The notes under the pieces were generated by a model. That model did not search any database, was not told the origin of the DNA, and was given only the letters and a program-made list of their open reading frames with translations. A program made the position numbers and the translations under genes. Positions 53,501 through 64,000 of a DNA stretch of 64,000 nucleotides are shown in pieces. Every line of letters begins with the position of its first letter. Position 1 is the first letter of the stretch. Source of the DNA: Penicillus capitatus (taxonomy: Eukaryota > Plantae > Chlorophyta); contig OZ287714.1 in the NCBI GenBank assembly GCA_965649825.1, positions 243,527 to 307,526 on the forward strand, read 5' to 3'.

Positions 53501-56500
53501 GCCGAACGCGACCCCGAAAAATGGGACGTCATCCTCGACCACCAAGACGGCGGCGAACGCCCCGTCCGAGCGACCCTGCACGTTGGCACCGTGGTGCCAC
53601 ACGCCCCCGTGGCGAGAGAATCAAGCGAAGCCGGCTAGATCGTGGTGATCCGGACCCGCGGCTCGGTTACGGTTGGATTTTTTCGAGACCCCTTGCGCAC
53701 CCCACCGGCGTCCAATGTCTCGGGTGAGTGTTCCTGCACGCTAGTTAGGTACATCCCCACGCCCTTGTACAAAGAATGCCGCACTCCGGGGGCTCGGTGG
53801 TGGTGCGCCGATCGCGACCCTTGAAAATGGGACTTCATCCTCGACCACCAAGACGGCGGCGAACGCCCCGTCCGAGCGACACTGCGCGTTGGCACCGTGG
53901 TGCCACACGCCCCCGTGGCGAGAGAATCAAGCGAAGCCGGCTAGATCGTGGTGATCCGGACCCGCGGCTCGGTTACACTTGTGTTTTTTCGAGACCCCTT
54001 GCGCACCCCACCGGCGTCCAATGTCTCGGGTGAGTGTTCCTGCATGCTAGTTAGGTACATCCCTACGCCCTTGTACAAAGAATGCCGCACTCCGGGGGCT
54101 CGGCGGTGGTGCGCCGATCGCGACCCTTGAAAATGGGACTTCATCCTCGACCACCAAGACGGCGGCGAACGCCCCGTCCGAGCGACACTGCGCGTTGGCA
54201 CCGTGGTGCCACACGCCCCCGTGGCGAGAGAATCAAGCGAAGCCGGCTAGATCGTGGTGATCCGGACCCGCGGCTCGGTTACGGTTGGATTTTTTCGAGA
54301 CCCCTTGCGCACCCCACCGGCGTCCAATGTCTCGGGTGAGTGTTCCTGCACGCTAGTTAGGTACATCCCCACGCCCTTGTACAAAGAATGCCGCACTCCG
54401 GGGGCTCGGCGGTGGTGCGCCGAACGCGACCCTTGAAAATGGGACTTCATCCTCGACCACCAAGACGGCGGCGAACGCCCCGTCCGAGCGACCCTGCACG
54501 TTGGCACCGTGGTGCCCCACGCCCCGGTGGCGAGAGAATCCAGCTAAGCCGGCTAGATCGTGGTGATCCGGACCCGCGGCTCGGTTACGGTTGGATTTTT
54601 TCGAGACCCCTTGCGCACCCCACCGGCGTCCAATGTCTCGGGTGAGTGTTCCTGCACGCTAGTTAGGTACATCCCCACGCCCTTGTACAAAGAATGCCGC
54701 ACTCCGGGGGCTCGGTGGTGGTGCGCCGATCGCGACCCTTGAAAATGGGACTTCATCCTCGACCACCAAGACGGCGGCGAACGCCCCGTCCGAGCGACCC
54801 TGCGCGTTGGCACCGTGGTGCCACACGCCCCCGTGGCGAGAGAATCAAGCGAAGCCGGCTAGATCGTGGTGATCCGGACCCGCGGCTCGGTTACGGTTGG
54901 ATTTTTTCGAGACCCCTTGCGCACCCCACCGGCGTCCAATGTCTCGGGTGAGTGTTCCTGCACGCTAGTTAGGTACATCCCCACGCCCTTGTACAAAGAA
55001 TGCCGCACTCCGGGGGCTCGGCGGTGGTGCGCCGATCGCGACCCCGAAAAATGGGACTACATCCTCGACCACCAAGACGGCGGCGAACGCCCCGTCCGAG
55101 CGACACTGCGCGTTGGCACCGTGGTGCCACACGCCCCCGTGGCGAGAGAATCAAGCGAAGCCGGCTAGATCGTGGTGATCCGGACCCGCGGCTCGGTTAC
55201 GGTTGGATTTTTCCGAGACCCGTTGCGCACCCCACCGGCGTCCAATGTCTCGGGTGAGTGTTCCTGCATGCTAGTTAGGTACATCCCTACGCCCTTAAGC
55301 AGAGATGGCCGCACTCCGGGGGCTCGGCGGTGGTGCGCCGATCGCGACCCTTGAAAATGGGACTTCATCCTCGACCACCAAGACGGCGGCGAACGCCCCG
55401 TCCGAGCGACCCTGCACGTTGGCACCGTGGTGCCACACGCCCCCGTGGCGAGAGAATCAAGCGAAGCCGGCTAGATCGTGGTGATCCGGACCCGCGGCTC
55501 GGTTACGGTTGGATTTTTCCGAGACCCCTTGCGCACCCCACCGGCGTCCAATGTCTCGGGTGAGTGTTCCTGCATGCTAGTTAGGTACATCCCTACGCCC
55601 TTGGGCAGAGATGGCCGCACTCCGGGGGCTCGGCGGTGGTGCGCCGAACGCGACCCTTGAAAATGGGACTTCATCCTCGACCACCAAGACGGCGGCGAAC
55701 GCCCCGTCCGAGCGACCCTGCACGTTGGCACCGTGGTGCCACACGCCCCCGTGGCGAGAGAATCAAGCGAAGCCGGCTAGATCGTGGTGATCCGGACCCG
55801 CGGCTCGGTTACACTTGTGTTTTTCCGAGACACCTTGCGCACGGCAACGGCGACCAATGTCTCGCGTGAGTGTTCCTGCATGCTAGTTAGGTACATCCCT
55901 ACGCCCTTGTACAAAGAAAGCCGCACTCCGGGGGCTCGGCGGTGGTGCGCCGAACGCGACCCTTGAAAATGGGACTTCATCCTCGACCACCAAGACGGCG
56001 GCGAACGCCCCGTCCGAGCGACCCTGCGCGTTGGCACCGTGGTGCCACACGCCCCCGTGGCGAGAGAATCCAGCGAAGCCGGCTAGATCGTGGTGATCCG
56101 GACCCGCGGCTCGGTTACACTTGTGTTTTTCCGAGACACCTTGCGCACGGCTACGGCGTCCAATGTCTCGGGTGAGTGTTCCTGCACGCTAGTTAGGTAC
56201 ATCCCCACGCTTTTAAGCAGAGATGGCCGCACTCCGGGGGCTCGGCGGTGGCGCGCCGAACGCGACCCCGAAAAATGGGACTACATCCTCGACCACCAAG
56301 ACGGCGGCGAACGCCCCGTCCGAGCGACCCTGCACGTTGGCACCGTGGTGCCCCACGCCCCCGTGGCGAGAGAATCCAGCGAAGCCGGCTAGATCGTGGT
56401 GATCCGGACCCGCGGCTCGGTTACGGTTGGATTTTTCCGAGACCCCTTGCGCACGGCAACGGCGACCAATGTCTCGTGTGAGTGTTCCTGCATGCTAGTT

Positions 56501-59500
56501 AGGTACATCCCTACGCCCTTGGGCAGAGATGGCCGCACTCCGGGGGCTCGGCGGTGGTGCGCCGATCGCGACCCTTGAAAATGGGACTTCATCCTCGACC
56601 ACCAAGACGGCGGCGAACGCCCCGTCCGAGCGACCCTGCGCGTTGGCACCGTGGTGCCACACGCCCCCGTGGCGAGAGAATCCAGCGAAGCCGGCTAGAT
56701 CGTGGTGATCCGGACCCGCGGCTCGGTTACGGTTGGATTTTTTTCGAGACCCCTTGCGCACCCCACCGGCGTCCAATGTCTCGGGTGAGTGTTCCTGCAT
56801 GCTAGTTAGGTACATCCCTACGCCCTTGTACACAGAATGCCGCACTCCGGGGGCTCGGTGGTGGTGCGCCGAACGCGACCCTTGAAAATGGGACTTCATC
56901 CTCGACCACCAAGACGGCGGCGAACGCCCCGTCCGAGCGACCCTGCGCGTTGGCACCGTGGTGCCACACGCCCCCGTGGCGAGAGAATCAAGCGAAGCCG
57001 GCTAGATCGTGGTGATCCGGACCCGCGGCTCGGTTACGGTTGGATTTTTTCGAGACCCCTTGCGCACCCCACCGGCGTCCAATGTCTCGGGTGAGTGTTC
57101 CTGCATGCTAGTTAGGTACATCCCTACGCCCTTAAGCAGAGATGGCCGCACTCCGGGGGCTCGGCGGTGGTGCGCCGATCGCGACCCTTGAAAATGGGAC
57201 TTCATCCTCGACCACCAAGACGGCGGCGAACGCCCCGTCCGAGCGACCCTGCGCGTTGGCACCGTGGTGCCCCACGCCCCCGTGGCGAGAGAATCAAGCG
57301 AAGCCGGCTAGATCGTGGTGATCCGGACCCTCGGCTCGGTTACACTTGTGTTTTTCCGAGACCCCTTGCGCACGGCAACGGCGACCAATGTCTCGCGTGA
57401 GTGTTCCTGCATGCTAGTTAGGTACATCCCTACGCCCTTAAGCAGAGATGGCCACACTCCGGGGGCTCGGCGGTGGTGCGCCGAACGCGACCCTTGAAAC
57501 TGGGACGTCATCCTCGACCACCAAGACGGCAGCGAACGCCCCGTCCGAGCGACCCTGCGCGTTGGCACCGTGGTGCCCCACCCCCCCGTGGCGAGAGAAT
57601 CCAGCGAAGCCGGCTAGATCGTGGTGATCCGGACCCGCGGCTCGGTTACACTTGTGTTTTTCCGAGACCCCTTGCGCACGGCAACGGCGACCAATGTCTC
57701 GCGTGAGTGTTCCTGCATGCTAGTTAGGTACATCCCTACCCCCTTAAGCAGAGATGGCCGCACTCCGGGGGCTCGGCGGTGGTGCGCCGATCGCGACCCT
57801 TGAAAATGGGACTTCATCCTCGACCACCAAGACGGCGGCGAACGCCCCGTCCGAGCGACCCTGCACGTTGGCACCGTGGTGCCCCACGCCCCCGTGGCGA
57901 GAGAATCAAGCGAAGCCGGCTAGATCGTGGTGATCCGGACCCGCGGCTCGGTTACACTTGTGTTTTTCCGAGACCCCTTGCGCACGGCAACGGCGACCAA
58001 TGTCTCGCGTGAGTGTTCCTGCATGCTAGTTAGGTACATCCCTACGCCCTTAAGCAGAGATGGCCGCACTCCGGGGGCTCGGCGGTGGTGCGCCGAACGC
58101 GACCCCGAAAAATGGGACGTCATCCTCGACCACCAAGACGGCGGCGAACGCCCCGTCCGAGCGACCCTGCACGTTGGCACCGTGGTGCCACACGCCCCCG
58201 TGGCGAGAGAATCAAGCGAAGCCGGCTAGATCGTGGTGATCCGGACCCGCGGCTCGGTTACGGTTGGATTTTTTCGAGACCCCTTGCGCACCCCACCGGC
58301 GTCCAATGTCTCGGGTGAGTGTTCCTGCACGCTAGTTAGGTACATCCCCACGCCCTTGTACAAAGAATGCCGCACTCCGGGGGCTCGGCGGTGGTGCGCC
58401 GATCGCGACCCCGAAAAATGGGACTTCATCCTCGACCACCAAGACGGCGGCGAACGCCCCGTCCGAGCGACCCTGCGCGTTGGCACCGTGGTGCCCCACG
58501 CCCCCGTGGCGAGAGAATCCAGCGAAGCCGGCTAGATCGTGGTGATCCGGACCCGCGGCTCGGTTACACTTGTGTTTTTCCGAGACCCCTTGCGCACGGC
58601 AACGGCGTCCAATGTCTCGCGTGAGTGTTCCTGCATGCTAGTTAGGTACATCCCTACGCCCTTAAGCAGAGATGGCCGCACTCCGGGGGCTCGGCGGTGG
58701 TGCGCCGATCGCGACCCTTGAAAATGGGACTTCATCCTCGACCACCAAGACGGCGGCGAACGCCCCGTCCGAGCGACCCTGCGCGTTGGCACCGTGGTGC
58801 CACACGCCCCCGTGGCGAGAGAATCAAGCGAAGCCGGCTAGATCGTGGTGATCCGGACCCGCGGCTCGGTTACGGTTGGATTTTTCCGAGACCCCTTGCG
58901 CACCCCACCGGCGACCAATGTCTCGCGTGAGTGTTCCTGCATGCTAGTTAGGTACATCCCTACGCCCTTAAGCAGAGATGGCCGCACTCCGGGGGCTCGG
59001 CGGTGGTGCGCCGAACGCGACCCTTGAAAATGGGACTTCATCCTCGACCACCAAGACGGCGGCGAACGCCCCGTCCGAGCGACCCTGCACGTTGGCACCG
59101 TGGTGCCACACGCCCCCGTGGCGAGAGAATCAAGCGAAGCCGGCTAGATCGTGGTGATCCGGACCCGCGGCTCGGTTACACTTGTGTTTTTCCGAGACAC
59201 CTTGCGCACGGCAACGGCGACCAATGTCTCGCGTGAGTGTTCCTGCATGCTAGTTAGGTACATCCCTACGCCCTTGTACAAAGAAAGCCGCACTCCGGGG
59301 GCTCGGCGGTGGTGCGCCGAACGCGACCCTTGAAAATGGGACTTCATCCTCGACCACCAAGACGGCGGCGAACGCCCCGTCCGAGCGACCCTGCGCGTTG
59401 GCACCGTGGTGCCCCACGCCCCCGTGGCGAGAGAATCAAGCGAAGCCGGCTAGATCGTGGTGATCCGGACCCGCGGCTCGGTTACACTTGTGTTTTTCCG

Positions 59501-62500
59501 AGACCCCTTGCGCACGGCAACGGCGACCAATGTCTCGCGTGAGTGTTCCTGCATGCTAGTTAGGTACATCCCTACGCCCTTAAGCAGAGATGGCCGCACT
59601 CCGGGGGCTCGGCGGTGGTGCGCCGAACGCGACCCCGAAAAATGGGACGTCATCCTCGACCACCAAGACGGCGGCGAACGCCCCGTCCGAGCGACCCTGC
59701 ACGTTGGCACCGTGGTGCCACACGCCCCCGTGGCGAGAGAATCAAGCGAAGCCGGCTAGATCGTGGTGATCCGGACCCGCGGCTCGGTTACGGTTGGATT
59801 TTTTCGAGACCCCTTGCGCACCCCACCGGCGTCCAATGTCTCGGGTGAGTGTTCCTGCATGCTAGTTAGGTACATCCCTACGCCCTTGTACAAAGAAAGC
59901 CGCACTCCGGGGGCTCGGCGGTGGTGCGCCGAACGCGACCCTTGAAAATGGGACTTCATCCTCGACCACCAAGACGGCGGCGAACGCCCCGTCCGAGCGA
60001 CCCTGCGCGTTGGCACCGTGGTGCCCCACGCCCCCGTGGCGAGAGAATCAAGCGAAGCCGGCTAGATCGTGGTGATCCGGACCCGCGGCTCGGTTACACT
60101 TGTGTTTTTCCGAGACACCTTGCGCACGGCAACGGCGACCAATGTCTCGCGTGAGTGTTCCTGCATGCTAGTTAGGTACATCCCTACGCCCTTGTACAAA
60201 GAAAGCCGCACTCCGGGGGCTCGGCGGTGGTGCGCCGAACGCGACCCTTGAAAATGGGACTTCATCCTCGACCACCAAGACGGCGGCGAACGCCCCGTCC
60301 GAGCGACCCTGCGCGTTGGCACCGTGGTGCCCCACGCCCCCGTGGCGAGAGAATCAAGCGAAGCCGGCTAGATCGTGGTGATCCGGACCCGCGGCTCGGT
60401 TACACTTGTGTTTTTCCGAGACCCCTTGCGCACGGCAACGGCGACCAATGTCTCGCGTGAGTGTTCCTGCATGCTAGTTAGGTACATCCCTACGCCCTTA
60501 AGCAGAGATGGCCGCACTCCGGGGGCTCGGCGGTGGTGCGCCGAACGCGACCCCGAAAAATGGGACGTCATCCTCGACCACCAAGACGGCGGCGAACGCC
60601 CCGTCCGAGCGACCCTGCACGTTGGCACCGTGGTGCCACACGCCCCCGTGGCGAGAGAATCAAGCGAAGCCGGCTAGATCGTGGTGATCCGGACCCGCGG
60701 CTCGGTTACGGTTGGATTTTTTCGAGACCCCTTGCGCACCCCACCGGCGTCCAATGTCTCGGGTGAGTGTTCCTGCATGCTAGTTAGGTACATCCCTACG
60801 CCCTTGTACAAAGAAAGCCGCACTCCGGGGGCTCGGCGGTGGTGCGCCGATCGCGACCCTTGAAAATGGGACTTCATCCTCGACCACCAAGACGGCGGCG
60901 AACGCCCCGTCCGAGCGACCCTGCGCGTTGGCACCGTGGTGCCCCACGCCCCCGTGGCGAGAGAATCCAGCGAAGCCGGCTAGATCGTGGTGATCCGGAC
61001 CCGCGGCTCGGTTACACTTGTGTTTTTCCGAGACACCTTGCGCACGGCAACGGCGACCAATGTCTCGCGTGAGTGTTCCTGCATGCTAGTTAGGTACATC
61101 CCTACGCCCTTGTACAAAGAAAGCCGCACTCCGGGGGCTCGGCGGTGGTGCGCCGAACGCGACCCTTGAAAATGGGACTTCATCCTCGACCACCAAGACG
61201 GCGGCGAACGCCCCGTCCGAGCGACCCTGCGCGTTGGCACCGTGGTGCCACACGCCCCCGTGGCGAGAGAATCAAGAGAAGCCGGCTAGATCGTGGTGAT
61301 CCGGACCCGCGGCTCGGTTACGGTTGTGTTTTTCCGAGACCCCTTGCGCACCCCACCGGCGTCCAATGTCTCGGGTGAGTGTTCCTGTATGCTAGTTAGG
61401 TACATCCCTACGCCCTTGTACAAAGAAAGCCGAACTCCGGGGGCTCGGTGGTGGTGCGCCGATCGCGACCCTTGAAAATGGGACTTCATCCTCGACCACC
61501 AAGACGGCGGCGAACGCCCCGTCCGAGCGACCCTGCGCGTTGGCACCGTGGTGCCACACGCCCCCGTGGCGAGAGAATCAAGCGAAGCCGGCTAGATCGT
61601 GGTGATCCGGACCCGCGGCTCGGTTACACTTGTGTTTTTCCGAGACACCTTGCGCACGGCTACGGCGTCCAATGTCTCGGGTGAGTGTTCCTGCACGCTA
61701 GTTAGGTACATCCCCACGCCCTTGGGCAGAGATGGCCGCACTCTGGGTGCTCGGCGGTGGTGCGCCGAACGCGACCCCGAAAAATGGGACGTCATCCTCG
61801 ACCACCAAGACGGCGGCGAACGCCCCGTCCGAGCGACCCTGCGCGTTGGCACCGTGGTGCCACACGCCCCCGTGGCGAGAGAATCCAGCGAAGCCGGCTA
61901 GATCGTGGTGATCCGGACCCGCGGCTCGGTTACACTTGTGTTTTTCCGAGACACCTTGCGCACGGCTACGGCGTCCAATGTCTCGGGTGAGTGTTCCTGC
62001 ATGCTAGTTAGGTACATCCCTACGCCCTTAAGCAGAGATGGCCGCACTCCGGGGGCTCGGCGGTGGTGCGCCGATCGCGACCCTTGAAAATGGGACTTCA
62101 TCCTCGACCACCAAGACGGCGGCGAACGCCCCGTCCGAGCGACCCTGCGCGTTGGCACCGTGGTGCCCCACGCCCCCGTGGCGAGAGAATCCAGCGAAGC
62201 CGGCTAGATCGTGGTGATCCGGACCCGCGGCTCGGTTACGGTTGGATTTTTCCGAGACCCCTTGCGCACGGCAACGGCGACCAATGTCTCGTGTGAGTGT
62301 TCCTGCATGCTAGTTAGGTACATCCCTACGCCCTTAAGCAGAGATGGCCGCACTCCGGGGGCTCGGCGGTGGTGCGCCGATCGCGACCCTTGAAAATGGG
62401 ACTTCATCCTCGACCACCAAGACGGCGGCGAACGCCCCGTCCGAGCGACCCTGCGCGTTGGCACCGTGGTGCCCCACGCCCCCGTGGCGAGAGAATCCAG

Positions 62501-64000
62501 CGAAGCCGGCTAGATCGTGGTGATCCGGACCCGCGGCTCGGTTACGGTTGGATTTTTCCGAGACACCTTGCGCACGGCTACGGCGTCCAATGTCTCGGGT
62601 GAGTGTTCCTGCATGCTAGTTAGGTACATCCCTACGCCCTTAAGCAGAGATGGCCGCACTCCGGGGGCTCGGCGGTGGTGCGCCGAACGCGACCCTTGAA
62701 ATGGGACTACATCCTCGACCACCAAGACGGCGGCGAACGCCCCGTCCGAGCGACACTGCGCGTTGGCACCGTGGTGCCACACGCCCCCGTGGCGAGAGAA
62801 TCAAGCGAAGCCGGCTAGATCGGGGTGATCCGGACCCGCGGCTCGGTTACGGTTGGATTTTTCCGAGACCCCTTGCGCACCCCACCGGCGTCCAATGTCT
62901 CGGGTGAGTGTTCCTGCACGCTAGTTAGGTACATCCCCACGCCCTTGTACAAAGAATGCTGCACTCCGGGGGCTCGGTGGTGGTGCGCCGATCGCGACCC
63001 TTGAAAATGGGACTTCATCCTCGACCACCAAGACGGCGGCGAACGCCCCGTCCGAGCGACCCTGCACGTTGGCACCGTGGTGCCACACGCCCCCGTGGCG
63101 AGAGAATCAAGCGAAGCCGGCTAGATCGTGGTGATCCGGACCCGCGGCTCGGTTACGGTTGGATTTTTCCGAGACCCCTTGCGCACCCCACCGGCGTCCA
63201 ATGTCTCGGGTGAGTGTTCCTGCATGCTAGTTAGGTACATCCCCACGCCCTTGGGCAGAGATGGCCGCACTCCGGGGGCTCGGCGGTGGTGCGCCGAACG
63301 CGACCCTTGAAAATGGGACTTCATCCTCGACCACCAAGACGGCGGCGAACGCCCCGTCCGAGCGACCCTGCACGTTGGCACCGTGGTGCCACACGCCCCC
63401 GTGGCGAGAGAATCAAGCGAAGCCGGCTAGATCGTGGTGATCCGGACCCGCGGCTCGGTTACACTTGTGTTTTTCCGAGACACCTTGCGCACCCCACCGG
63501 CGTCCAATGTCTCGGGTGAGTGTTCCTGCATGCTAGTTAGGTACATCCCTACGCCCTTGGGCAGAGATGGCCGCACTCCGGGGGCTCGGTGGTGGTGCGC
63601 CGAACGCGACCCTTGAAAATGGGACTTCATCCTCGACCACCAAGACGGCGGCGAACGCCCCGTCCGAGCGACCCTGCGCGTTGGCACCGTGGTGCCACAC
63701 GCCCCCGTGGCGAGAGAATCAAGCGAAGCCGGCTAGATCGTGGTGATCCGGACCCGCGGCTCGGTTACACTTGTGTTTTTCCGAGACACCTTGCGCACGG
63801 CTACGGCGTCCAATGTCTCGGGTGAGTGTTCCTGCACGCTAGTTAGGTACATCCCCACGCCCTTGGGCAGAGATGGCCGCACTCTGGGTGCTCGGCGGTG
63901 GTGCGCCGAACGCGACCCCGAAAAATGGGACGTCATCCTCGACCACCAAGACGGCGGCGAACGCCCCGTCCGAGCGACCCTGCGCGTTGGCACCGTGGTG
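47555..64000. repeat. 306-bp GC-rich tandem satellite array (~53 full monomers, continues past window end); candidate centromeric or subtelomeric satellite
   Basis: CTAGATCGTGGTGATCCGG recurs at 47821+306n up to 56695, shifts +1 at 57002 and shifts back at 62815. A hand count of one monomer gives 196/306 GC (~64%). The first unit (47555-47680) is degenerate. Confidence 0.98.

Noticed and set aside
47677-63993. Repeated 60-100 aa ORFs (MPTRRVART..., MVIRTRGS..., MPHSGGSA...) as a multicopy peptide family
   Set aside because: They occur in several overlapping frames on both strands, mostly use non-ATG starts, and vary with non-synonymous block changes. This is expected from a stop-poor 64% GC repeat.
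47555-64000. CRISPR array
   Set aside because: The whole 306-bp unit repeats, with no unique spacers, no cas genes, and a eukaryotic intron-containing context.
47821-64000. Tandem 5S rRNA, tRNA, snRNA or SL-RNA gene array
   Set aside because: Neither strand of the monomer resembles 5S rRNA or U snRNAs. I found no convincing A/B boxes or cloverleaf.
47555-64000. Telomere
   Set aside because: No short telomeric repeat (TTTAGGG/TTAGGG-like runs) is present in the window. A subtelomeric location beyond the edge remains possible.

Overview
Eukaryotic nuclear DNA from a very compact, plastid-bearing, flagella-capable genome. A chlorophyte-type green alga is inferred from TGD1, CFAP161, ~49-56 nt GT-AG introns and intergenic gaps often under 150 bp; the species cannot be named from sequence alone. 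The window has three zones. (1) 1-18.6 kb is a single giant minus-strand gene (at least 6,150 aa, running off the left edge). It has a helical N-terminus, six midasin-type AAA+ modules with alternating intact and degenerate motifs, a long helical linker and tandem Ig-like (ASH/MSP-type) domains. This is not canonical midasin architecture, and most of it is missing from the supplied ORF track because the frame has no stop inside the window. (2) 19.6-44.7 kb is densely packed genes: M1AP-like, LRR-PIN fusion, UBP24/USP10, mTERF, an RG/Y/Q-rich protein, peroxisomal MFP/AIM1, TGD1, RIX1/PELP1-like, ENOD93-like, VTT/TVP38, TIM10, CFAP161, a KFSAPDLP-repeat plastid protein and an intronless PsiD-like decarboxylase that may be horizontally acquired. 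(3) 44.8-64 kb is a gene-poor buffer with decayed ORFs, then about 53 copies of a GC-rich 306-bp satellite running off the right edge. The satellite monomer is a hidden 148+158 bp dimer, and the array shows layered expansion and incipient higher-order repeats, making it a candidate centromere or subtelomere. Gene models and family calls come from manual translation and motif recognition; no database search was run.
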